Assembly: GCF_009914755.1 (NCBI RefSeq)
Contig: NC_060945.1
Strand: one strand, 5' to 3'
Length of the DNA: 64,000 nucleotides
Source: the human T2T-CHM13v2.0 reference genome, Homo sapiens
Shown: positions 16,405-30,150 of the stretch, piece after piece
Position numbering within the stretch: the stretch's first letter is position 1
Layout of the letters: every line of letters begins with the position of its first letter
Made by a program: the position numbers and the translations under genes
Notes under the pieces: model-generated
Seen by the model: the letters and a program-made list of their open reading frames with translations, nothing else
Told to the model about the DNA's origin: nothing
Database searches by the model: none

Positions 16405-16967
16405 TGTGATGATTAATATTGAATGTCAACTTGATTGGATTGAAGGACACAAAGTGTTGTTTGTTGGTGTGCCTGTGAGGGTGCTGCCAAAGGAGATTAA
16501 CATTTGAGTCAGTGGACTAGGAGAGGCAGACCCACCTTCAATCTGTGAGGGCACCTTCTAACCAGCTGCCAGGGTGGATAGGATAAAAGCAGGCACAGAA
16601 TGTGGAAGGACTAGACTGGCTGAGTCTTCTGGCCTCCATCTTTTTCCTGTGCTGGATGCTTCCTGACCTCGAACATCAGACTCCAAGTTATTCAGCTTTT
16701 GGACTCTTGGGCTTACACCAGTGGGTTGCCAGGGACTCTCGGACCATTGGCCACAGACTGAAGGCTGCACTGTCAGCTTCCCTACTTTTGAGATTTTGGG
16801 ACTTGGACTGACTTCCTTGCTCCTCAGCTTGCACATGGCCTATTGTGGGACTTCACCTTCTTATCATGTGAGTCAATACTCCTTAATATATTCCCTTTCT
16901 ATCTGTCTATCTCTCCCATTTATCCTATTAGTTCTGTCCCTCTAGGGAACCCTGACTAATAAATACA
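16405..16967 (+). mobile_element. MLT2A (HERV-L) solo LTR
   Basis: TGTGATGATTAATATTGAATGTCAACTTGATTGGATTGAAGG ... GTTCTGTCCCTCTAGGGAACCCTGACTAAT. Perfect 5-bp TSD ACAGG (16400-16404, 16968-16972). Confidence 0.93.
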
Positions 16968-17417
16968 ACAGGAAAGACGGATTACACGTTAGAAACCAGC
17001 ACCCTGCAAATATATCATGTGTTTTCTCACATTACTCAGGCCTTTTTCACTTAGAAGGCCAAGTGAATAGTTATGAGTTAAAGTGACATGTGTTACTTTG
17101 AGAAGCCTAGAGTAATCAGCACCTATTTCTTAAACAGTTTTTTCCTCACCTTCACAATTAAAAACTGCATGTATTCCAGGTGATGCTACTACAAAATAAT
17201 GGCATATTTATCAGCCTGAGTATAAGAGATTTTGTTTCTACTGCTGTGCAACAAATTTCCACAAACTTCATGGCTTATAGCAACACATGTATTTTGGTTA
17301 TTTACTCTTTTGTTTGTGTATATGTTAATTTGTTTTATTTTTATATCATAGCATCCATGGGGGAAAAGCTTGCATAGGTCTTACCTGAGTCCTCTACTCA
17401 GTATATCACTCTGACTA

Positions 17418-17918
17418 TGTTGAATTTTATCACACACTTTTTCATCCTCTATTGAAATAATCATGTAATTTTGTTCTTTATTCTGCTAAATATGTTATAT
17501 CACATTAATTGATTTTTGCATGTTGAACCATCCTTGCATCACAGGAATGAATCCCAAAGGTAAACAAATGGCCATGGTATATGATCCTTTTAATGTGCTG
17601 CTGGATTTTGTTTTCTAAGGTTTTGTGGAGGATATTCACATCTATATACGTCAGGGTTATTGGCCAATAGTTTTCTTTTCTTGTGGTACCTTGGGCTTTA
17701 GTATCAAGGAAATGCTGACCTCATAAAATAAGTTTGGAAGTATTCCTTCTCCTTTAATTTTTAAGAGTTTGAGAAGGATTGCCACCAATTCTTTAAATAG
17801 TTGGTAGAATTCACCAGTGAATTCCTATGGTCCTGGACTTTTTTTGAGAGCTTTTTGATAACCGATTCGATTTTTATGCTAATTATAGGTATATTCATGT
17901 GTTTTACTTCTTCTGAAC
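17418..17918 (-). mobile_element. L1 ORF2 fragment (RT N-terminal region), antisense
   Basis: Reverse of the HMIISIDAEKAFDKIQ-coding region, and GGTAGAATTCACCAGTGAA...GGTCCTGG. Confidence 0.85.
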
Positions 17919-19380
17919 TTAATAGCAATCTACAGATTCAATGTAATCCCTATTAGACTACCAATGTACTGATGACATTGTTTTTTCAGAAATATAGAAA
18001 ATATTTCTAGAACTCTTATGGAACCACAACAGATCATAAATAGTCAAATCAATCTTAAGAAAGAAAAGCAAAGATGGAGGTGTCACATTTTCTCATTTCA
18101 AAATATGTTTAAATCTATAATAAAAACAGTATGATACTGGTATAAAGACAGACATACAGACCATTAGAAAAGAATAGAGAGATCCCAGAAAAAAAAAATT
18201 GACACACATACAGTCTACTGATTTTTGACAAGTGTTCCAAGAATATACCATTGGAAAGAATAGTCATTTCAGTAAATGATTTGAAAACTAGATATTCACA
18301 TGCAAAAAAAGAAAATAATTAAAAAAAGAAATTGGACGCTTATCTTATACCATGCATAAAAATCAATTCAAAATGGATAAAATACTTAAATATAAGATCT
18401 GAAACTGTAAAACTCCTAAAATAACACATATGGAAAAAGCTTCTCAACATTGGTCTTAGTAAAGATTTCCACACAGCGGAAATAAAAGAACTCCTACAAA
18501 TCAATAGCAAAAATCAAACAACCTGATTAAAAAAATGAGCAAAGCACTTGAATCTACATTTCTCCAAAAACATACAAATGTCCAACAGGTATATGAAATG
18601 ATGCCGAACGTCACTAATCATCAGGAAATGCAAAGCAAAACCACAGTGAGATTTCACCTCATTTATGTCAAGATTGCTATTTTCAAAAAAAAAAAAAAAA
18701 AAGAAGTGTTAGCGAGAATGTGGAGATATTGGAGCCCTTGCATGCTGTTGGTAGAAATGCAAAATGGTAAAGCTGTTATGGAAAACAATATGGAGGTTCC
18801 TCAAAAAATAAAAAATATAACTACAATATGATACAGCAGTCCCATTTCTGTCTATTTATCTGAAAGAATTGAAATCAGTGTCTCATAGAGATATTAGACT
18901 TTCATGTTCTTTGCAGCACTACTCACAATAACCAAGATGTAGAAACAACTTAAATGTTCATCAAAGATGAATGGATAAAGAAAATGTGGAATATACATGC
19001 AATGTGTTTTTATTCTGCTTTAAAATAGAAGAAAATTCTCACATATGCAACAACATGGATAAACCTTGAGGACATTATATTAAGTGAAATAAATCAATTG
19101 TAAAAAGACGAATACTGCATGATTTCAATTCATGGTTCTATAAATCTGAAATAATCAAATTTATAGAATCAAAGACTGAAATGATGGTTGCCAGGGACTG
19201 GGGGATAGGGAGAAAGGAGAGTTATTAATCAATGGATATAATATTTCAATTAATTAAGACAAGAAATTCTAGAAATCTGTTGTACAACATTCTATCCATA
19301 GTCTACAATATTGTAATATACAATCAGAAATTTAAGAGTGTAGATCTCATGTTCTTACACAAGAAAATAAAATAAAAAGA
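17919..19380 (+). mobile_element. L1MA/MB 3' portion (ORF2 C-terminal half, 3'UTR, A-rich tail), internally deleted
   Basis: ATCTACAGATTCAATGTAATCCCT (IYRFN.IP). The ORF at 18535 resembles the L1 ORF2 C-terminus. Ends AAGAAAATAAAATAAAAAGA. Confidence 0.9.
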
Positions 19381-19826
19381 CTTGCATTTTGATGGGTTAT
19401 TTTAAAGAGAAATTAGGCAATATTCTCATTTGGGTTGGGTGCTGTCAGAACAAAGGGCACAGTTCTTGAATGTGTGCCATATTTATTTTATTTTTTTAAA
19501 TTGGGATTAAAGTGAAGCTAGAGTTATCATACGTAAAGGAAATTTTGTGAGCCAGGAAAACATTTTTCACAAACAATCAGTTTGTACTAAATAACCAGTA
19601 AAATAAAGTTTGTATTTTTACTACATTGATAAGTATGGTTGGCTGTCTTTTTTTTATTTTTGAAAACTGTTTACTATTATATTTGTGGATTATAATTACA
19701 TTTATTTTATCATATAAAATAATAAGCCAGCCATTTCATTGTATTGCTAAAATAAAAAGAAATAACAAAAATAATGACAAAAACTAAAAACTATGTTTAA
19801 AATTCAAGAAATCAAGTCAAAAATTT

Positions 19827-20591
19827 GTTGACTCAATCATATAAATTGAATCATTCTTGTCATACTAAACTAAATCAGTCAACTGGCCAGTGGAAAAAGC
19901 ACTCAGGACACACAGCACCTGTTCCAACGATTAAATTTTCTGCAAGTCCAGCTGCTGAACCTGCCTGTCGGAACTTGAATTTTATCTAATAGCGACTGAA
20001 CCAACATATTGGGACTCTGAGGCTAGTTTTACCCACTGCTGTCACTCACGAATCAGAGCTTGCCAGTTCCCCAAAACATTATTGGTGCTGATCAACTTTC
20101 TTTCGAAACAATATATAACATTTCTTTCTTTTTCTTTTTTGTTTAATTGTTTGTTTGTTTCTTCCTTTTTTTTTCTTTTTGTTTGTTTTTAAGATGGAGT
20201 CTTGTTCTGTCGCCCAGGCTGGAGTGGAATGGCGCACCTCCGCCTCCTGGGTTCAAGCTATTCTCCTGCCTCAGCCTCACCAGTAGTTGGGATTACAGGC
20301 GTCTGCCACTACACCCGTCTAATTTTTGTTTTTTTTTTAGTGGAAACTGGGTTTCACCATGTTGGTCAGGCTGGTCTCCAACTCTTGACTTCAGGTGATC
20401 CACTCACCTCGGCCTCCCAAAGTGCTGGGATTACAGACATTTCTCCTTTTTATAAAGCCTCCAACCTTCCTTTTGTCCTTCAGACGTACCAAAGACCACC
20501 TGATCTGTGTATACCCCAAATTGCAATTCTTGCTTCGAAATGAAACATTAAATTTAGAGATGTATCACCATATTTTATTTTGACTTCAACA
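19827..20591 (+). mobile_element. ERV1 solo LTR (LTR24/LTR36-like), split by an Alu
   Basis: AAAGCACTCAGGACAC, AATCAGAGCTTGCCAG, ending TTTTATTTTGACTTCAACA. Subfamily uncertain. Confidence 0.7.
20126..20436 (-). mobile_element. AluS (Sq/Sx), 5'-truncated with an internal deletion
   Basis: TSD ACATTTCT at 20118 and 20437. Confidence 0.9.
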
Positions 20592-21392
20592 TAGTAAAAT
20601 ATAAAATAAATGTTTTCTGAAATACCTTTCTTTTTTTATTGTTTAAGCTCTTAAGGTGTAAGTCTTGACATATATTGTATATTTGGAAGAATATTCCAGT
20701 TGCCTGTTTGTTTGATTTGCCACATGTATAAGTGACTAAAACACAATGATACAAAACAAATAAAACATCTTCCATGGGTTAAATTAGGTGAATGAATATT
20801 TGGAAGACAGTTGGATAAAGTATGGTGACTTTTACAGTGTCCTTCCACTCTAACTTTGAGAATCAGAGCACATTGTGTGGGCCTAGGTTCCTGGGGGAAG
20901 ACCAGAAGGTTGAAATATATCAGGGAGCTGTCACACACACTGACTGTTAGATATCCATGCAGTACAAATCTTGGTGATTGTTCACTGTGGAACTTTGGGA
21001 CCTTGGCCCCTTTACCCTCTCACTATAACTCCAGATTTCAATATTGAGATGACTTCATGGAACAACTTGGTATATAGACCTGGGGTCACCTCATGAAAAT
21101 TCCTCAAGTAGCCCATGTGGACAGTTCTGAATACTACACTTTACTGGGGAAAGGAGCTTGATCCTACAGCAGACTGCTTATACTTGGATATTTAGTAAGA
21201 CGGTATAACATACTTCTTTTTATAGAATAAAAAGAAGGATCCTTCTTTTTATAGTGCGGTGTAACATCCTTGTTTTTATAGTGCTCAGAAATAGTTAAGT
21301 TGCTGTCATCATGGTAAATTATTGGCTTTTGTTCAGGTTAACTAAAATCTTTTAGGTATTTTTTTCGAATTTTTTCATTTAAAAATATTTTA

Positions 21393-21740
<348 letters not shown>

Positions 21741-23104
21741 TCAATAAGTATCATTTTTGATAATTCCATGTAAGTAATAAAACCATATTAGAAAGGAACA
21801 ATGTTCTACCATTTACTTGAAATAAATTTTTTTCTTAAACTTTTAAAATATATTTTGTTTCTTTGCTATCCTGGCAGATATTTTAAAAATATTTTATAGT
21901 TTATGTAACTACTATCGGTCAGGTTCTGAGTACTGTGTTACCATAAAAATTTATGGCGATTTTTAAGTCAGATTAAGCATCCCACTCCAGCCCTACATAG
22001 GCATGTGTGATCAAGGCAGCATTTCTACCACAAAGAGGTAGAATTAGTAAATCTAATTCTTCCAAACACAGTTTATGTTAAGTAACACTTTATCTTTACC
22101 CACATCAGTTCTTTTTATTATCAATTTTGGCATGATTATTAGGACAAGATTTTGAATTCTAACATTTTATTTTTTATTTTTATTTTCTATCACCAGTTTT
22201 GTGGCCTGTATCCAATCACCAAAGTCATGTTAAGTAATTTTTCATTATCTATAAATGTTAAAAAAGAGACTTCTAGCATAATTTGTGGCGAAGATTCATA
22301 AGCAACCTGCCTACTAATAAACAATTGTGCTTTAGAAAGCGACTTTAGAGTAAATTGAATATTTATGAAAATGGACTAATATCTGGAGCTAAAAAAAAAA
22401 TCCATGAAAGAGAAATAATCTATTTATACATAACTACTCTAAAAACAGAATTATTTTGTAAAGAAATTATTTATTTACTTGGATATCAGTTTATTAGTAA
22501 TAGAAAATGCCAACTAAATCAAACCTTTTGTGTGTGGAAGTTTATTATAAAATATAAAAAAATAATAAATAGAGATTTTCAAACATGTAAACAATAGGAA
22601 TAATATTTCCTTTTCTGAATATTTTTAATATTTTTCACTTATTCCAAACTTAAAATTTAAAAATCCTTAATATTATTTACAGGGTCCTAAATAATTGCAT
22701 ATATATCCATTATCCCCTCATGTTTGCTAGGCCATAGCCTTATATATCATTACAACTCTTGAACTTGGTGTGTTTGTTGCTGCCTCAGGATTCTGAATAC
22801 TGCTACCTTAAAGTAGAAATGCCTGTCATTTTCTCCATTTGAATGACTCCCATTCATCCAGTTACATTACAAATAATTATTTTAATGTCATACTCTTAGA
22901 AAAGACTTGTCTGAGGCCTTAGGCTAGTTAACTCTCCCTAATATATTTGGCATTGTATGCTGTTTAGAGTAATATGTATGTATTATGTATGTAATATGTA
23001 TGAACAGGGCAAGATACAGCAACAATAAATTATTTTGGAGACCAAATAATTTGGAAAACACAAGATAAGCATCTGATATATATTTAAGGAATTATTGACT
23101 TTGC

Positions 23105-23255
23105 ACATTTTATTCCCACTAGTCTATAACTGTAAAACCCAAGGACAATGTTTTCCTTGTTCACTAATACAGATATACCACTTCCATACCAGTACTTTAC
23201 ACATAGTAGGCTTTAAATTATAACTCATTGAATGAAAGAATGAAAGAAATGGATA
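23105..23255 (+). mobile_element. L2 3' end
   Basis: CTTGTTCACT...CACATAGTAGGC...TTGAATGAAAGAATGAA terminus. Confidence 0.65.
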
Positions 23256-25619
23256 TGTAAAACTACCTTTCTGGTTTTCAATCTGCTAAGCAAAAATAAG
23301 AGTTTGAAAATCAAAAGAAACATAGCTTACTTAATTGACCCACATACAGCATATCGAGTAATCCATTTTTAATACCTAGATCAAAATAATAGTTTTATAA
23401 TAAACTATTTTCCATTTTCAAATAAATATGAGTCAGTGATATAAGTACAACCTGTTACATAAATACATTGCCGTTACATGTTACGTAAATGCAATCTTTT
23501 ACACACCAATTGAACAAAAAAAATTAGGCTAGTGTTAAAACATATTGAAATTCAAGTTAGAATTCCTCCACATTGCATGTATATGCTTTAAAAAATGTAT
23601 TTACAATAATTCAATATTGACAGCCAACCTTAAATTGTCAAACAGGAAGATTACTTTTTGATTTGTTAAAAAAAACTTTATTTAAATTCTAAGATGATAA
23701 ATATGTATAGAATCTCTTAATCTCTGTGATTAATGCAATAAATGTTTACAGCCTCTTATGTAGTTAAATAATATGTTCAAAAACAATTGACCTGTGACAC
23801 AATCAACATAATTTATACCGTAAAATTCAAATAGATGATTGAAAACTGTAACTTAAGCATCTTAAAGTTTATTGATCCATTATTTTATAGCCTTGTCTTT
23901 GTCTAGGGAGATTTCATTTCAACAGCTAAAACATAGCAGTGATCATGAATTACATGTTTACCAGAAAAACCTCTGCTCAGTTGTTCCCAGAGGAGTGTTC
24001 ATTTCTCCCTCATTGTGCTCTAGTTCACATGCAGAGGAATTAACCAACCTGCCACATGTCAGTAATAAGATCTGAGAAGCCCCAGAGAGAGACAGAACCA
24101 GATATGGAACCAGTGACAGAAATATCTTCATCATCGTTTATGACCAAAACTTCTATATTACTTTACTATCGGGGGGACTAAGGATCATGAATGCTTCCTG
24201 AATATTTATAAATACCATGACGAAATGCGTGTTTTTATTATACTGAGAAAAAGACTTTTTTAGGTAAATTTATTTATCTTTTAATATCAGCTGTTTGTTT
24301 TCAACATGGAAAAAGTTTAGTTTTATGTATAATGTTGTTTTGAGTAGAGGTAGAGATCATAAAGTAATCTCTTACAAAATAACTCTGGAAATTAAACTGT
24401 TTTAAATATGCAAAGGAAAACTAGCATATATCTGTGCAGTTTCCTAGTATGTGATACGTGTTAAGGTTGCACTTACATAAACACCTGTTGTGAGTGTACT
24501 CCCCAGTTTAATTGCTTTTAAAGGTTTATGTCTCCGCACTGAAAATAGTTCTATAGTTTTGACATTTAACTTTGTTTCTATTTTATAAACGTCTTATAAA
24601 AAAGAGAATCAGCTGGGTTCTTATTTTTTATCTAAAATCTGTCCTTGTTAGACACTACAAGGAAAGTACATGGATTGATTTAATTTTTGCTGTGGAGTTC
24701 TCATTCACATATTTTTAATAAAATTTAAATGAACAAATTTATATAAAGTCCATACTCCATCTATAATGTAACATCAATTTACATAATAATTCTAAAAATA
24801 TACAGAGAAATTAAGCTGGAAGCATGACCAAATTAATCAAGAAAATTAAAAGGTGTTCTTTCTATTAGAAACAAGCAAACAAAAAGATATTCTTTCATCC
24901 TTTGTGTTATGTCTTAAATATCCATCTCAATCAATTCATGACAGGTTTTTAGATATGTAATTGGATCTTGCCTAAACTAACACAATTTACATGTATTTTA
25001 GCCCAATACCCTATATTTTATTTCAGAGTTCATACAATAATATAAAGGCACACGTATGTGTGTACATATATACATACACATGCGCATACATATGTGTATA
25101 TATAATTTCTCCTAATTCTATTTTTTGAACCTCTCTGCTCTGAATTTTTTTTTTATTTTAAAGATTACTGGTCATTAAATAAAAATCAGCTAATGCCATT
25201 TAGAAACTTAAATCATCGGCTTAATGTCTTCCTCAATTCACACGCTTCAAAATGTACAATCTATAGGATTAATTTAACCTTTACACAACAAATATGTAAT
25301 GAGCCAAATTTCTGCCACTCAGGATAATTTACATGAGTTTTTGATTGGGAAGTAAGTTACTCAAGAAGTGAAATTCCGACACAATAAAAGCAACTTTCGG
25401 GTCCTGATTTCAAGAACAGCCTGATTGCAAAGATGACCTCCTGCCACAAAAGCTTCAACAGCAGAGACTGTGGCCATGGCTGCATCACCTCTAATGTTCG
25501 GTGAGGCAGTGGCGACCCCAACAGAGTACAGATGGCCAACTGTTCTTAATGCTTTCGAGCACTGTACCTGGAAGACTAGCTTGAAACTGTTCTGGAAATC
25601 CAGTAGCATATGTCTGTCA

Positions 25620-26165
<546 letters not shown>

Positions 26166-26219
26166 TTATTTATGTCATTTTCATGCATGGTATTTATCTC
26201 AGAACACTGTATTTCATAT

Positions 26220-27298
<1,079 letters not shown>

Positions 27299-27390
27299 TG
27301 TCTAGAGTGGGAACTAGAGGGAGGCGGCTCTAGGGTGTCCTTGGTTACATCTATGCAGAGTAGAGCCTCCGAAGCATGGAAGTGGAAGGC

Positions 27391-27641
27391 AGTGCGATGG
27401 TGCGATCTAGGCTCACTGCAACCTCCTCCCCTGGGTTCAAACGATTCTCTTGCCTCAGCCTCCCAAGTAGCTGGGATTACAGATGCACACCACCACATTC
27501 AGCTATTTTTTGTATTTTTAGTCAAGACGGGGTTTCATTATGTTGGCCAGGTGGGTCTTGAACGCCTGACCTCAGGCATCCACCCACCTCAGCCTCCTTA
27601 AGCGCTGGGATTGCAAGCGTGAGCCACCACAACCAGCCTGG
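27391..27641 (-). mobile_element. AluS lacking its 3' end and poly(A)
   Basis: Alu homology starts abruptly at AGTGCGATGGTGCGATC, with no T-tract. Confidence 0.88.
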
Positions 27642-28517
27642 TTAGATTTTTTAAAAAATGTAATTCTTACTAGTAACTGTTTTGCTAAGGAGAGGGCCTG
27701 TCATCCTCTTCACACAGCCATTCCAGAAATCCCACATCTTCCCCTTCCTTTTTGAAGGATACCTTTTTGAGATATAAAAATCTCAGTTTACAGGGTATGT
27801 TATTTTTGTGTATTGTTTCCACTAATTTGTTTGCTTACAACACTTTAAATATGTTGTTCCTTTATTGTATGGCTCAAATTGTTTTTTTTTGTCTATTTAT
27901 GTAACGTGGTTTGCTTATTTCCTAGAGTGTGCATACACGTTTCTCTGTCTGACAGGGTGAGAGTGATTGGTGATTCAGATTCCTTCTGTAAGTCAATTCG
28001 AGCCTTAATAGGTTTTGTGCATTGGTTCTTATTCCAACTTTTCACCTCCAGTGGCACCAGAACATTTTTGTTTGAAATATTTGAATTGTAAATGAATTGA
28101 AGTTTTGGGTTTTTCAGTTTACAGTTGATTCAACTAAATGCCCCCAAGATGGGCAACACTGTATTTTTTTCTTCCTTATAGCCCCTCATCCAATGCCCCT
28201 TTTAAAGCAAAATGGGAAGAGACAGCAAACCAAGTGCAAATCTAGAAGTATGAACCTACCACAGTTCTCTTCTCAATTCTACAAAGCTTGATTTTAATCT
28301 AGAATTTTTGTTAGTGAGGCTCCCTTAAATCTACTATTATTTTACAGCTCTATCTTAGACTTTGCTGCCTGGGTAAATCACACTTCCATATGTCCTATGT
28401 TGTTTGAGGTCAATCAATATTTGTAAAATACAATTTAAACTATTTTAAATGACTTCTTTTTAATGTGAAAGAATCAAAATAAAATTTGTCTGTATAGATT
28501 TTCTTTATGTTATGTCA

Positions 28518-28753
28518 TTTTATTTTACTTTATTTCAATGAGATAGGGTCTCACTCTGTTGCCCAGGCTAAGTGCAGTGGCATGATCAGGGCTCACTGCA
28601 GCCTCGACTTCCTGGGTTCAAGCAATCCTCCCACTTCAGCCTCTAGAGTAGCTGAAACTGCAGGCATCCACTACCATGGATGTCATGGATTTAAAAAAAA
28701 TTTTTTTTTAAATTTTTTTATAGAGACATGACCTTGCTTTGTTGCCCAGGCTG
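28518..28753 (-). mobile_element. AluJ, partial
   Basis: GAGATAGGGTCTCACTCTGTTGCCCAGGC...CAAGCAATCCTCCCAC. Confidence 0.85.
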
Positions 28754-28835
28754 TTTTTACATTATTTAAAACTCAATGTTTTGAATGTCTCTAAGAAAGC
28801 CATACTTTTTTGTTAATATATCTATATTACAAAAG

Positions 28836-28960
28836 ATATATGCATGCATACACATACATACATACACACATATAATCACAAAAAGATGTGTGTATGTATA
28901 GTGTGTCTATGTGTGTGTATATATATATAGTATATACACATGCATTAAAATGTATATGTA
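28836..28960. repeat. Mixed (CA/TA/TG)n low-complexity microsatellite
   Basis: Visible dinucleotide runs. Confidence 0.75.
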
Positions 28961-29490
28961 TTTTAATTATACCATGGAAGAAAAGAAGGGAAAATACATA
29001 TGTATTCATTAAACATGCATACTTAGAACATATTATGGTCTTGTCTTTATTGTTAGATTAATTTTTATGTATGACTGTGTCTCACTTTCAGTTCTGAAAC
29101 CCTGGAATTAACTGATTAACAATGCCAATGCAAATATATGTTTCTTACTGTATAATTATAGCTTAAAATTAGAAGTCCCATTCGTTATTTTTAAATGCAG
29201 AAATTAGAGTGTGCCAGAAAAGTCATTAAATATTAATTCGATTAAAACAGAGATCAGTAAAGAAGAATTTTCTTATATCACAGAAATAAGGCAGTGCTGA
29301 TAGAAAACATACAGAGAAGAAACCCAAATAATTCTTAATAAATTAAAACAAACAAAAAAGAATGTAACTCTCCTTTTGATCTTCAGAAAAAGAGACCCCC
29401 TTCTGTGGTTGAAAGGAGAGATATACTTTTAACTAAAGTCAATTATAGATAATAATTCATCATCATAATTGAGTTTTTGATGAGAGGCAA

Positions 29491-30150
29491 TGTGTTAGTT
29501 TTCTATGGCTGCTGTAACTAATTACCACAAACTGGGGACTTAATAGAATAGACATTTATTCTCTCTAGCTGTGGAGACTAGAAGTCTTAAATCAGTATCA
29601 CTGGACCAAAACCAAAATGTCAGCATGGCCATACTGCCTCTAGGTGATCTAGGGGTAAACCCATTTATTACTTTTTTTTTATTTATTTTTTTAACAAAAG
29701 AAGGAGCTTTAATGGACTTACAGTTACACGTGGCTGGGGAAGCCTCACAATCATGGAGGAAGGCAAGGAGGAGCAAGTCACATCTTACATGGATGGCAGC
29801 AGGCAAAGAGAGAGCTTGTGCAGGGAAACCCCCATTTTTAAAACCATCAGATCTTGTGATTTCTTGCTCTTTTTAGCTTGTAGTGAGTACAGGCATTTAC
29901 ACTACTCTGGTATCTATCCCTGTGGTCATGTTGCCTTCTCCTCCTCTGTCTATATCAAATCTTCCTCTGCATTCCTCTTATTAGGATAAATGTGATTGTA
30001 TTTAGGACCCACCTTTATAATCAAGGATAATCTCCCTCATCTCAAAATTTTCAATTTAGTAACATCTGTAAAATCATCTTTTCCATACAAATTAGCATTC
30101 AAAAGTCCTAGAAATTAGAATGTGAATATCTTTTGGGAGGTCATTATTTC
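29491..30150 (-). mobile_element. MLT1B/C-like MaLR LTR interrupted by a THE1 fragment
   Basis: TGTGTTAGTTTTCTATGGCTGCTGTAAC..., resuming at 29860 and ending ...ATATCTTTTGGGAGGTCATTATT. Confidence 0.85.
29672..29859 (-). mobile_element. THE1 LTR fragment with poly(A) tail (processed retrocopy)
   Basis: Sense reads TCACAAGATCTGATGG...GTCCATTAAAGCTCCTTCTTTTGTT followed by an A-rich tail. Neither LTR terminus is present. Confidence 0.85.

Noticed and set aside
18535-18831. 98-aa ORF with L1 ORF2 C-terminal similarity
   Set aside because: A relic of a truncated, frameshifted L1 with no functional ORF2.
28138-28165. CTCF-like CCCCAAGATGGGCA
   Set aside because: An extra base breaks the core spacing, so the match is too weak.
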